Positions 1 through 9,226 of a DNA stretch of 64,000 nt are shown in pieces. Both the position numbers and the translations under genes were made by a program. The first letter of the stretch is position 1; each line of letters starts with the position of its first letter. Origin of the DNA: Sandaracinaceae bacterium (GTDB lineage Bacteria > Myxococcota_A > Polyangia > Polyangiales > Sandaracinaceae); the NCBI GenBank assembly GCA_044220955.1, contig JBGAQA010000006.1, positions 1-64,000 on the forward strand. The letters are read 5' to 3'. A model generated the notes under the pieces. The model was not told the DNA's origin and made no database searches. It saw nothing but the letters and a program-made list of their open reading frames with translations.

Positions 1-85
1 CTGTCCGTCGCGACGTCCCTCGCGACGCTAACTGCCCGTCAACGATTCTGTCCCAGAATCGTGATCGGTCATTTAGCCTCCCGGT

Positions 86-745
86 GTGGAGCGTCGCCCC
101 ATCGCCGCGCGGAGCTACGGCTGGCCGACGCGCGTCGCGCTCGCGCTCGTGCGCGCCGGCGTCACCCCCAACCAGGTCTCCGCCTCGAGCGCGCTCTTCG
201 CGCTCGCGGGCGCAGCCGCGTTCGTGACGACCCCGTACGTCGATCGCGCACCCGCCATCGGGCTCTGGGTGGCGGGCGCATGTACGATCCAGCTGCGCCT
301 GATCGCGAACCTGCTCGACGGGCTCATGGCGGTCGAGGGCGGCAAGAAGAGCGCGGTCGGCGATCTCTACAACGACGTGCCGGATCGCGTCTCCGACTCG
401 CTCTTCCTCGTGTCACTCGGCTATGCGTCGCCCGACGTCGCGGGAGCCACGGCGCTCGGCTGGGCGGCCGCGCTCGCGGCGGCTCTCACTGCCTACGCGC
501 GCTTCGTCGGCGGGACCCTGCTCGGCACGCAGGACTTCCGTGGCCCCTTCGCGAAGCAACATCGCATGTTCGCGTGCACGCTCGCCGCGATCGGTGCGGC
601 CGCCGAGCGCGCGCTCGACGCACCGACGCGCGTCGTGCCCGTCGCCCTCGCGATCATCACGCTCGGCGCGCTCTTCACGGCGGGGCGGCGCCTCCGCGGC
701 ATCGCCAGGGATCTGCGGGCCCGCGCGGCGAAAGACGGCGCGTGA
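86..745 (+). CDS. CDP-alcohol phosphatidyltransferase family protein (YnbA-like)
   Basis: Hydrophobic 219 aa ORF with CDP-alcohol motif variant NLLDGLMA-x8-G-x3-N-x3-D; its stop overlaps the next start (GTGA). Confidence 0.85.
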   Translation: MERRPIAARSYGWPTRVALALVRAGVTPNQVSASSALFALAGAAAFVTTPYVDRAPAIGLWVAGACTIQLRLIANLLDGLMAVEGGKKSAVGDLYNDVPDRVSDSLFLVSLGYASPDVAGATALGWAAALAAALTAYARFVGGTLLGTQDFRGPFAKQHRMFACTLAAIGAAAERALDAPTRVVPVALAIITLGALFTAGRRLRGIARDLRARAAKDGA

Positions 746-1377
746 CCTTGCTCGTGCGCACCCTCCTGGTGTTCTTCGTGCGCCTCTTCGTCGGCGCGCC
801 GGCCATCGCGAAGGGCGCGCTGCCGCGCGGACCCTTCGTCCTCTTCGCGAACCACGCGTCGCACTTCGACACGCTGATCCTCTGGGCGGCGCTCGACGGA
901 GATCTGCGCGAGCGCTTCCGTCCCGTCGCCGCGCGCGACTACTGGGGCAAGACGGCCGGGCGCCGCTGGGTCGCCGAGCGCATGCTGCGCGCGCTGCTCA
1001 TCGCGCGCGTGAAGGGCGAGCGCACGGAAGATCCGATCGCGCAGATGATCGCCGCGCTCGACGCCGGAGACTCCTTGCTCCTCTTCCCCGAGGGCACCCG
1101 GAGCGTCGACGGTCGCATCGCACCGTTCAAGGCGGGGCTCTATCGGCTCGCCCGGGAGCGCCCTTCGATCCCGCTCGTGCCGGTGTACCTGCAGAACCCG
1201 GGCCGCATCCTGCCGAAGGGCGAGCTGCTCCCGGTGCCGCTCCTCTGCTCGGTGCGGGTCGGCGAGCCGCTCGCGGCGAGCACCGACGATCGCGCACGCT
1301 TCCTCGCGTCCGCCCGCGCCGCGGTGATCGCGCTCGCGGGGGACGCCTACGAGGAGCTCGAGGAGCAGCCCGCATGA
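742..1377 (+). CDS. Lysophospholipid (1-acyl-sn-glycerol-3-phosphate) acyltransferase, PlsC family
   Basis: NHASHFD (HxxxxD) and FPEGTRS motifs; GTG start at 742 overlaps the upstream TGA. Confidence 0.9.
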   Translation: MTLLVRTLLVFFVRLFVGAPAIAKGALPRGPFVLFANHASHFDTLILWAALDGDLRERFRPVAARDYWGKTAGRRWVAERMLRALLIARVKGERTEDPIAQMIAALDAGDSLLLFPEGTRSVDGRIAPFKAGLYRLARERPSIPLVPVYLQNPGRILPKGELLPVPLLCSVRVGEPLAASTDDRARFLASARAAVIALAGDAYEELEEQPA

Positions 1378-2375
1378 CGCGTGATCCCGAGCTGCTCCTC
1401 GTCTTCGGCGTCGTGCTCGCCGTCCTCTCGCTCGGCACGATCGTTTCGGGCGTGCTCTGGGCTCGTCAGCGCGCGCGGCCCGAGGGCGTGAGCGACACGG
1501 TGAAGAACCTCGCGCAGCGGGTGCGCGCGTGGTGGGTGATGGTCGCCATCATCGCCGGTACGTCCGCCGTCGGCCCGCTCGGCCTCTTCGCGCTGTACAC
1601 GCTGCTCTCCGCGCTCGCCCTGCGCGAGCTGCTCACGCTGACGCCGACGCACCGCGCCGACCACGGCGCCCTGGTGTTCGCGTTCTTCGTCGTGGTCCCG
1701 CTCCAGTACGCGTTCGCCGCGATGGGCTGGTACGTGATGTTCCTGATCTTCGTCCCGGTCTACGCGTTCGTCGCGATCCCGATGCTGCTCGCGCTCCGTG
1801 GTGATCCGACGCGCTTCCTCGACCGCAGCGCGAAGCTCCAGTGGGGCGTGCTCGTCGCGGTCTACTTCGTCAGCTACGTGCCGATGCTCCAGTACGTCCC
1901 CATCGCCGGGCACCCGCACGGCAGCGGACGGCTCACCTTCTTCCTCGCGCTCGTCGCGCAGCTCAGCGACGTGTTCCAGTACGTGTTCGGCAAGCTCTTC
2001 GGCAAGCGCAAGGTCGCGCCCGTCATCAGCCCGCAGAAGTCCGTCGAGGGCCTCGTGGGCGGCGGCCTCTCGGCCGTCCTGCTCGGCACCGCGCTCTACC
2101 GCGTCACGCCCTTCGACCCGCTCGGCGCGGGCCTCCTGAGCCTCGTCATCGTCGCCACCGGCTTCCTCGGCGGCCTGGTGATGTCGGCGGTCAAGCGCAG
2201 CCTTGGCGCGAAGGACTGGGGCAACGCGATCGAGGGACACGGCGGCGTCTTCGATCGGCTCGACTCGATCGCGTTCGCCGCGCCGATCACCTTCCACCTC
2301 GTGGTGTACTTCGCCGACGTGGACGTGCCGAACGTGCACCCGCCCTGGATCGACGCGATCCGCGGGCTGGTGTGA
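1374..2375 (+). CDS. Phosphatidate cytidylyltransferase (CdsA/YnbB family)
   Basis: Polytopic membrane protein with SPQKSVEG and KDWG..IEGHGGVFDRLDS motifs; ATGA overlap with the upstream gene. Confidence 0.9.
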   Translation: MTRDPELLLVFGVVLAVLSLGTIVSGVLWARQRARPEGVSDTVKNLAQRVRAWWVMVAIIAGTSAVGPLGLFALYTLLSALALRELLTLTPTHRADHGALVFAFFVVVPLQYAFAAMGWYVMFLIFVPVYAFVAIPMLLALRGDPTRFLDRSAKLQWGVLVAVYFVSYVPMLQYVPIAGHPHGSGRLTFFLALVAQLSDVFQYVFGKLFGKRKVAPVISPQKSVEGLVGGGLSAVLLGTALYRVTPFDPLGAGLLSLVIVATGFLGGLVMSAVKRSLGAKDWGNAIEGHGGVFDRLDSIAFAAPITFHLVVYFADVDVPNVHPPWIDAIRGLV

Positions 2376-2443
2376 GTGCCGGCTCCGAGCCCGCTCGCGC
2401 ATCGTGACGCCCCATCGGCCCGGCGGTTCGCGGCGCGCCTCGG

Positions 2444-2520
2444 CGGAGCAGGCGTGCCCAGCTCCGGCGCTCGTGAAGAAAGCGATGAATGCGCACGGTC
2501 GTCGGCGTCAGCCGATGGAA
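2444..2520 (-). pseudogene. Relic 3' end of a RelE/ParE toxin gene (diverged copy of 2797-2873)
   Basis: 77 bp with 8 mismatches to 2797-2873; translates FHRLTPTTVRIHRFLHERRSWARLLR versus FYRLTPTTVRIHRVLHERRSWARLLR in the toxin. Confidence 0.8.
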
Positions 2521-2548
2521 CGCCGCCCAGCCGCGTGAGCACAGGCGG

Positions 2549-2698
2549 TCACGGCACGAGCGGTCCGTGCAGCCGATCCCACTCGACGGGAGTGAGGCAG
2601 TCCGTGGTCGCGTCGAACGGCTCTCCGAAGTCGAGGTCGCAGGACGCGATGCTCGCGAACGCGAGCGCGATGACGACGACACGCGAACGAGCAGGCAT
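2549..2698 (-). CDS. Small (49 aa) putative lipoprotein, or truncated lipoprotein gene
   Basis: GGAGG RBS before ATG; TTGACA at 2751-2756 on the minus strand; signal peptide MPARSRVVVIALAFASIAS-C with lipobox-like Cys. Confidence 0.45.
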   Translation of the reverse strand: MPARSRVVVIALAFASIASCDLDFGEPFDATTDCLTPVEWDRLHGPLVP

Positions 2699-2792
2699 GC
2701 GCGACCTCCGCAGACGTGGACTGAACCAGCGTCGACGGAGGCACTGCACGTGTCAATCGGGCTGGCGGATCCCGACGCGCTCGCGTGGACTC

Positions 2793-3098
2793 TCACCGGA
2801 GCAGGCGTGCCCAGCTCCGGCGCTCGTGGAGCACGCGATGGATACGGACGGTCGTCGGCGTCAGCCGGTAGAACAGCACGTAGCGTCCCTCGCGAAGGCT
2901 TCGATAGCCCTTGCGCGCGAGGATCGGATCGCGCGCCACGGGCCCCTTCTCGCCGTGCGGGCCGAGGCTCTCGCCGGCCGCGACGATGGCGCCGAGCAGC
3001 CGCTCCTGCGCTTGCGGGGCCTCGACCGAGAGGTACTGTCCGATCTCGATCAGGTCCGACACGGCGCGCGCGAGGAAGCGGACGCGGCGAACGGTCAT
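2793..3098 (-). CDS. Type II toxin, RelE/ParE family
   Basis: 101 aa basic protein with 'A.SDL.EI..Y' N-terminus and 'YVLFYR...VRIHRVLHERR' C-terminus; ATGA overlap with the antitoxin. Confidence 0.85.
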   Translation of the reverse strand: MTVRRVRFLARAVSDLIEIGQYLSVEAPQAQERLLGAIVAAGESLGPHGEKGPVARDPILARKGYRSLREGRYVLFYRLTPTTVRIHRVLHERRSWARLLR

Positions 3099-3373
3099 CG
3101 CTTGGGCGTCGCGCGCGCGGCGAGCCCGAGCTTCTCGCGTACCGCGCGCGGAGTGATCCCGCGGTCACCACGGCGGACGTCGTCCTCGGACTCCTCGAGC
3201 GCCCGGTAGAGATCGAGGCGCGCCTGGTCGAGCTCGAAGCGCGCGACGCTCATGACCACGAGATCCCCGCGACCGTTTTTCGTGATCACGATCGGCTCGC
3301 CGGTGCGGTGGCACTCGGCGGAGATCTCCTGGGACTTGTTGCGGAGGTCGGTGATGGGGCGGACGGCGCGCAT
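3095..3373 (-). CDS. Type II antitoxin, Phd/YefM family
   Basis: 92 aa with 'PITDLRN...GEPIVITKNGRGDLVVMS' Phd signature; directly upstream of the toxin. Confidence 0.9.
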   Translation of the reverse strand: MRAVRPITDLRNKSQEISAECHRTGEPIVITKNGRGDLVVMSVARFELDQARLDLYRALEESEDDVRRGDRGITPRAVREKLGLAARATPKR

Positions 3374-3381
3374 CGGACGAA

Positions 3382-3401
3382 CCTATCATGATTCTGATAG
3401 G
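3382..3401. promoter_or_regulatory. Inverted repeat, probable antitoxin autorepression operator
   Basis: CCTATCA-N6-TGATAGG, 8 bp upstream of the antitoxin ATG. Confidence 0.6.
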
Positions 3402-3480
3402 GCCCGCCGTCGCCCGCCCGTCGCGGCCGCGCCCCTCCTTGTCCGCGCCGCCTCCCACGGGGAAAACTGGATCGATCCGG

Positions 3481-3504
3481 CATACTGATGTTATGTTCAG
3501 TATG
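3481..3504. promoter_or_regulatory. LexA (SOS) box upstream of imuA
   Basis: CATACTGA-TGTTATGT-TCAGTATG; core CTG-N10-CAG ending GTTCAG as in the Myxococcus LexA consensus; abuts the imuA start codon. Confidence 0.8.
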
Positions 3505-4154
3505 TGCCTCTCGTACCCGCCTCCGTGCTCGCGCGGCTCCGCGCGGCGACCGAACGTCCCGAAGAGCGCCTCGCGCTGAGCGAGGCCGGAGGGCTCGACG
3601 CCGGCCTCGACGCGGCGCTCTCCGGCGGGATCCTGCGCGGCGCCGTCGTCGAGATCGCGGCGCCCGCCGGCCGCGCGCGGGCCACCTCGCTCGCGATCGC
3701 CTCGTGCGTGGCGGCGCAGCGCGAGGCGCGTCGCTTCGGTAGCCACGCGCTCTGCGCCTGGATCGATCCGACGTGCTCGCTCTTCGGGCCCGGCCTGCGC
3801 GCGCGCGGCGTGGATCTCTCTCGCCTCTTCGTGGTCACGCCGGCGCTCGAGTCGCTCCCGCGCGCGGCGGTGCGCGTCGCCGAGAGCCGCGCGTTCGCCG
3901 TCGTGGTGATCGACGCCGTCTCCCTCGCCTCGCTCGATCGCCTCCCGACCGTCGTGCGGAGGCTCGCGCTGGCGATCGAGGGCACGGCCTGCTCGGTGCT
4001 GCTCCTCACCGATCTCGCGGCGCGGCGCAGCATGCCGCTGCCGACGGGCGCTCGCATCGAGCTCTCGCGCACGCGGATGGACGCGCTCACGCTGCGCGTG
4101 GCCAAGGATCGCCACGGTCGCATGACCGCGAGCACGAGCGTGCCCTGGCGCTAG
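3504..4154 (+). CDS. imuA: ImuA / RecA-like mutasome accessory protein
   Basis: RecA-like segments LDAALSGGILRGAVVEI, AWIDP, GVDLSRL, VVVID with a degenerate Walker A; first gene of the cassette. Confidence 0.8.
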   Translation: MPLVPASVLARLRAATERPEERLALSEAGGLDAGLDAALSGGILRGAVVEIAAPAGRARATSLAIASCVAAQREARRFGSHALCAWIDPTCSLFGPGLRARGVDLSRLFVVTPALESLPRAAVRVAESRAFAVVVIDAVSLASLDRLPTVVRRLALAIEGTACSVLLLTDLAARRSMPLPTGARIELSRTRMDALTLRVAKDRHGRMTASTSVPWR

Positions 4155-4340
4155 CGTCATGATCGGAGCGTATCGATCACGGGCAGTCGATCGGTGCGCT
4201 GGCCGCGTCGTGAAGATGCGAGGGCTCCGCCCCCGCGCCCCCGTCAGCGCGCGAGGACAGCGCCGTTCGTGTCCTTGCAGCGAAGCAACGGGGTACCCGC
4301 CCCCGCCGCGGCCCGCTCGAGACGAGGAGAGCGAGGGCTG

Positions 4341-5930
4341 ATGCGTCGCGTGCTCGCAGCCGTCCTGCCCGAGGTGGCGCTCACGCTCGCGCGCAGGCGC
4401 GTGCCCGAGTGCCGGGATCCGGTCGCCGTGGTCGTGGACGGGCAGAGCGCCATCGTCGCGGCGGCCGACGGGAGCGCGCGGCGCCACGGCGTGCGGGCCG
4501 GGCAGGGCGCCGTCGCGGCGACGGTGCGCGCCGCGGGGCTGCGCATCGTGCACGTGCCGCGCGAGGAGATCACGGGCGAGCTCGAGCGAGTCCTCGAGGT
4601 GCTCTCGCGCTTCGGGCCGACGGTCGGATACAGGCTCGAGCAGCAGGACGAAGACGAGGTGCTCGCGCCGACGTACTACGAGGACACGGCGTGGGTCGAC
4701 GTGACGGGCGCGACCGCGCTCGCGGGCGGAGAGAAGGCGCTCGTGCTGGGCGCGCGCGAGCGGATCGAGGCGCTCGGCCACCCCGCGCGGATCGCGCTCG
4801 CCTCGGGGCCGCACGTCGCGCGGGCGCTGGCGAGGCACTCGGAGCATCCGCTCGTGATCGCGAGGAGCCCGGAGCACGAGCGGCGGCTCTTCGGCGCGCT
4901 GCCGCTCCACGCGCTGCCGCTCTCGGTGCGCGCCCGGACGTTCTTCCGCCGCGTGGGCCTCGCGCGCGTGGCCGATCTCTTGGCGCTCCCGCGCGCGCAG
5001 GTGAGCGCGCGCCTCGAGGGCGACCCCGCGGCGCGCGTGGTGATCGATCTGATCGCGGGCCGCGACGACACGCCGCTCGTGGCCTGGACGCCGGCGCGCG
5101 TCGTGAGCGAGGAGCAGCGCTTCGAGGACGGCGTCGAGGGGACCGAGGCGCTGGCCTTCGTGCTGCGCGGGATGACGGCGCGGCTCGGCCAGCGCCTCGC
5201 GGCGCGCGGCGAGGCGACGGGCAAGCTCGTGCTCACGCTCGGGCTCGATCGCTCCGTCGTGCGCCACGCACGCGGAGACGACGCGGCCGTCGAGGTGGTG
5301 CTGACGATCGCGCTGCCGGTGCCGCTCGTGGACCCGGACGCGCTCCTGCGCACGCTGATGCCGCCGCTCGAGCGCACGGAGCTGTACGCGCCCGTCGTCA
5401 CGCTCGCGCTCGTGGCGGAGGACGTCGTGCGCGCGCGTCGTGATCAGATCGATCTCTCGCGCGGTCGCGGCATCGATCCGAACCGGCTGCGTCACCTCGC
5501 CACGGAGCTGAGCGTGGAGCTCGGGGAAGGGCACGTGGGCTTCTTCCAGGTCCTCGACGCGCACCGGCCGGAGCTTCGATCCCGGCTCTTGCTCGACGGA
5601 GCCGCGATCGTGAGGGCCCTCGCGCGCGAGGACGCGCTGCGCGAGGAGGAGAGCGGCGAGCAGCTCGCGCCCACGCGGCTCTTGCCCTCACCGATCGCCG
5701 TGGAGCGCTTCGTGACGGGTGGCCGTCTCGTCGTGAACGGCCGCGCCCACCGCGTGGAGCGGGCGGTCCCGCTCGCGCGGCTCGAGCGCGTCGAGTGGTG
5801 GACGCACCCCGTCACGCGCGAGTACGTGCGCGTGACGCTCGTGGCCGAGCAGGGCGGCGAGCGCTGCGAGGCGCTCGTGTTCCACGACGGCGAGGCGCAC
5901 GCGAGCTTCCTCCACGGATGGATGGAGTGA
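4341..5930 (+). CDS. imuB: ImuB, catalytically inactive Y-family DNA polymerase
   Basis: GVRAGQ, RFGPTVG, AWVDVTG, DAHRPE and 'RLERVEWW...REY' motifs; lies between imuA and dnaE2. Confidence 0.85.
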   Translation: MRRVLAAVLPEVALTLARRRVPECRDPVAVVVDGQSAIVAAADGSARRHGVRAGQGAVAATVRAAGLRIVHVPREEITGELERVLEVLSRFGPTVGYRLEQQDEDEVLAPTYYEDTAWVDVTGATALAGGEKALVLGARERIEALGHPARIALASGPHVARALARHSEHPLVIARSPEHERRLFGALPLHALPLSVRARTFFRRVGLARVADLLALPRAQVSARLEGDPAARVVIDLIAGRDDTPLVAWTPARVVSEEQRFEDGVEGTEALAFVLRGMTARLGQRLAARGEATGKLVLTLGLDRSVVRHARGDDAAVEVVLTIALPVPLVDPDALLRTLMPPLERTELYAPVVTLALVAEDVVRARRDQIDLSRGRGIDPNRLRHLATELSVELGEGHVGFFQVLDAHRPELRSRLLLDGAAIVRALAREDALREEESGEQLAPTRLLPSPIAVERFVTGGRLVVNGRAHRVERAVPLARLERVEWWTHPVTREYVRVTLVAEQGGERCEALVFHDGEAHASFLHGWME

Positions 5931-5937
5931 CGCCGCC

Positions 5938-8900
5938 GTGCCCGCCGACTTCGTCGAGCTGCTCGGGAAGACCTGCTTCTCCTTCCGAGAGGGCGCGTCG
6001 CACCCGCACGAGCTGGTCCTCGCGGCCGGCGCCAAGGGGATGAGCGCGCTCGCGATCTGCGACCGCGACGGCCTGTACGGTCTGCCGCGCGCCGAGCAGC
6101 AGTCGAAGGAGACGGGGCCCCGGCTGATCGTCGGTGCCGAGCTCACGCTGGAGCGCGAGGGTGGAGCATCGCACGGCTCGATCGCCCTGCTCGCGAAGGA
6201 CGCGGTCGGCTACGCGCGCCTCTGCCGCTTGCTCACGATCGCGCACGCCGGGCACGAGAAGGGCACGGCCGGCATCGCGATCGAGCGCGTCGCCGAGAAC
6301 GCGCAGGGGCTCGTCGCGATCGCGCCGCTCGAGCGGGCGCTCGTCCGGGACGGCGACGCGGTCTTCGCCGCGCTGCGCGACGCGTTCGGGGACGAGGCGT
6401 GTGTCGCGGCCTTCCGCCACCGCGAGCCCTTCGACGCGCGCCGCATCCGCGCGGCCGAGCGGATCGAGGCGCGCTTCGGCCTGCGCGCGATCGCCTCGGC
6501 GCGGCCGCTCTATCACGACCCCTCGCGCCGCCCCCTCGCCGACGTGCTCGCGTGCATCCGCCTCGGCACGACGCTCGACCGTGCGGGCACGCGCATCGCC
6601 GCCAACGCGCAGCGCTACCTCCGGAGCGACGCGGAGATGCGCGCGCTCTTCGCCGATCGGCTCGCCTGGGTCGAGCGCACGGCCGAGGTCGCGTCGCGCT
6701 GCACGTTCCGGCTGAGCGACATCCGCTACCGCTTTCCGGGCGAGGCCGCGTGTCGCCCGGGCGAGTCGGCGGACGAGGCGCTGCGACGCTCGGTCGAGCA
6801 CGGCCTCGGTCGGTACTACCCGGGCGGCGTCCCCGCGGGCGTGCGCGAGACGATCGAGAAGGAGCTCGCGCTGATCGCGAAGCTCGGCGTCGCGCCTTAC
6901 TTCCTGAGCGTCCGCGAGATCGTCGAGATGGCGCGCGCCCGCGGCATCCTCTGCCAGGGGCGCGGCAGCGCGGCCAACAGCGCCGTCTGCTACGTGCTCG
7001 GCATCACGTCGGTCGACCCGGATCGATCGCACATGCTCTTCGAGCGCTTCCTCTCGGCCGAGCGCGCCGAGCCGCCCGACATCGACGTCGACTTCGAGCA
7101 CGAGCGCCGCGAGGAGGTGATCCAGGAGATCTACCGGACCTGGGGGCGCGATCGCGCGGCGATGGTGTCGGAGGCGATCTGCTACCGCGGCCGGAGCGCG
7201 CTGCGCGAGACGGGCAAGGTCTTCGGGCTCGCGAAGGACGAGCTCGATCGCCTGAGCGGGTTGGTCTTGCACCTCGATCCCGAGGGAAAGAGCGAGCAGC
7301 GCCTCCACGAGGTCGGCCTCGATCCGAGCGACGCGCGCCTCAGGCAGGTGCTCGCGCTCGCCGCCGAGCTCGAGGGAATGCCGCGCCACCTCTCGATCCA
7401 CTCGGGCGGCTTCATCCTCTCGGCCGAGCCGCTGGAGAACGTCGCGCCGATCGAGCCCGCGCGCATGGAGGGTCGCACGGTGATCCCCTGGGACAAGGAC
7501 GACCTCGACACGCTCGGCTTCTTCAAGGTGGACGTGCTCGGCCTCGGCATGCTCACCGCGATCCGCAAGGCGCTCGCGCTCGTCCATGCACGAGTGCTCG
7601 CCACGGAGGACCCGGACGGGAGCGCGCGTATGCGCGCGGACGGAAGGGGCCGCAGCGGCGAGCCGAAGGACGATACGTTCGACCCCATCTTCGCGCTCGC
7701 CCGCATCCCGGCCGAGGATCCGAGCGTCTACGAGGCCATCCAGCGCGCCGACACGATCGGCGTGTTCCAGATCGAGAGCCGCGCTCAGATGGCCATGCTG
7801 CCGCGCCTCAAGCCGAAGACCTTCTACGACCTCGTGATCGAGGTCGCGATCGTGCGGCCGGGCCCCATCCAGGGCGACATGGTGCATCCCTACCTGCGGC
7901 GCCGCACCGGCGTCGAGAAGGTGGCGCCGCCGCACCCGTGCCTGACGCCGATCCTCGCGCGAACGCTCGGCGTCCCGCTCTTCCAGGAGCAGGTGATGGA
8001 GATCGCGATGAAGGGCGCGGGCTACACGGCCGACGAGGCGGACGGTCTACGTCGCGACATGGCGTCCTGGCGTCGCAACGGCCGGCTCGCGCGTCACGAG
8101 CAGAAGCTGCTCGCGGGCTTCCGCGCGCGCGGGATCGACGACGCGTTCGCGGCGAAGCTCTACAAGCAGATCCACGGCTTCGCCGAGTACGGCTTCCCCG
8201 AGTCGCACGCGGCGAGCTTCGCGATCCTCGTGTACGCGTCGTCGTGGCTCAAGACGCACCACCCGGCGGCGTTCGCGTGCGCGCTGCTCGACTCGCAGCC
8301 GATGGGCTTCTACTCGGCGTCGTCGATCGTGCAGGACGCGCAGCGCCACGGCGTCGTCGTGCGCGGGCCCGACGTGAGCGTGAGCGAGTGGGACTCCACG
8401 CTGGAGGAGATCGCGTCGGATCCGGTGCTCCGCCTGGGCCTGCGCGAGATCCGCGGGCTCGTGGAGAAGACGGCCGAGTCGATCGTGGCGGCGCGCTCGG
8501 CACGGGCGTTCACGAGCGTCGAGGACATGGTGGCCCGCGCGAAGGTCGGCCAGCGCGACCTCGAGGCGCTCGCCGAGTCGGGTGCGCTCGGCTCGCTCGT
8601 CCCGGAGCGGCGTCACGCGATGTGGTCGTCCCGCGCGCCGCGGGCGCCGGGCCTGTTCGAGGGTGTGCCGCTCGAAGAGGCGCGTGGCCCGGTGCTCGCC
8701 CCGATGCCGGCCTACGAGCAGCTCGTCCTCGACTACGAGCGGCTCGGCCTCTCGATCGCCGATCATCCGATGCGTCACGTGCGCGCCACGCTGAAGAAGC
8801 AGCGCGGCGTGGTGACGGCCGAGATCGTGAGCCGCCTCGCGCACGGCACGCGCGTCACGGTCGCGGGCCTCGTGATCGGCCGGCAGCGCCCCGACACCAA

Positions 8901-9123
8901 GACGGGCGTCACCTTCGTGACGCTCGAGGACGAGACGGGCGTGGTGAACCTCGTGGTCTGGCGCGACGTGTTCGACGCGCACTGGCAGGTCGCGCGCCAC
9001 GCCACGGCGATGATCGTGCGCGGCGCGATCCAGCGCGAGGGCGTGGTGGTGCACGTGATCACGCACGGCATCGAGCCGCTGCTCTTCGACGCGATCGCGG
9101 TGCACTCGCGCGACTTCCGCTGA
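5938..9123 (+). CDS. dnaE2: Error-prone DNA polymerase III alpha subunit DnaE2 (ImuC)
   Basis: PHP domain, GRGSAANS, PPDIDVDFEHERREEVIQ, YGFPESHAASF, OB fold and C-terminal SRDFR. Confidence 0.97.
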   Translation: MPADFVELLGKTCFSFREGASHPHELVLAAGAKGMSALAICDRDGLYGLPRAEQQSKETGPRLIVGAELTLEREGGASHGSIALLAKDAVGYARLCRLLTIAHAGHEKGTAGIAIERVAENAQGLVAIAPLERALVRDGDAVFAALRDAFGDEACVAAFRHREPFDARRIRAAERIEARFGLRAIASARPLYHDPSRRPLADVLACIRLGTTLDRAGTRIAANAQRYLRSDAEMRALFADRLAWVERTAEVASRCTFRLSDIRYRFPGEAACRPGESADEALRRSVEHGLGRYYPGGVPAGVRETIEKELALIAKLGVAPYFLSVREIVEMARARGILCQGRGSAANSAVCYVLGITSVDPDRSHMLFERFLSAERAEPPDIDVDFEHERREEVIQEIYRTWGRDRAAMVSEAICYRGRSALRETGKVFGLAKDELDRLSGLVLHLDPEGKSEQRLHEVGLDPSDARLRQVLALAAELEGMPRHLSIHSGGFILSAEPLENVAPIEPARMEGRTVIPWDKDDLDTLGFFKVDVLGLGMLTAIRKALALVHARVLATEDPDGSARMRADGRGRSGEPKDDTFDPIFALARIPAEDPSVYEAIQRADTIGVFQIESRAQMAMLPRLKPKTFYDLVIEVAIVRPGPIQGDMVHPYLRRRTGVEKVAPPHPCLTPILARTLGVPLFQEQVMEIAMKGAGYTADEADGLRRDMASWRRNGRLARHEQKLLAGFRARGIDDAFAAKLYKQIHGFAEYGFPESHAASFAILVYASSWLKTHHPAAFACALLDSQPMGFYSASSIVQDAQRHGVVVRGPDVSVSEWDSTLEEIASDPVLRLGLREIRGLVEKTAESIVAARSARAFTSVEDMVARAKVGQRDLEALAESGALGSLVPERRHAMWSSRAPRAPGLFEGVPLEEARGPVLAPMPAYEQLVLDYERLGLSIADHPMRHVRATLKKQRGVVTAEIVSRLAHGTRVTVAGLVIGRQRPDTKTGVTFVTLEDETGVVNLVVWRDVFDAHWQVARHATAMIVRGAIQREGVVVHVITHGIEPLLFDAIAVHSRDFR

Positions 9124-9226
9124 CCCGCCGTGCGCGCTCGGTCTCGACGACCCATGGGCCACCGTCCGCCCTGGGCGCCGCGCCGACGGTCGAGAGCCGC
9201 AGGGCGGCCGATCCCTTGACGCGATC

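Noticed and set aside
44..60. Short inverted repeat GATTCTG-TCC-CAGAATC upstream of the lipid operon
   Set aside because: Only 7-bp arms at the window edge; cannot be assigned to a regulator
61..741. N-terminal extensions in the ORF track (61, 423, 4194, 19334, 45622, 46482 and others)
   Set aside because: They overlap upstream real genes; true starts are supported by stop/start overlaps, RBSs and homology onset
4159..4341. 60 aa ORF between imuA and imuB
   Set aside because: No RBS, no motif, Arg/Pro-rich; more likely non-coding
7600..7680. ~25 aa charged insertion in DnaE2 as a possible intein or mobile insert
   Set aside because: Too short, no intein termini; looks like a variable loop
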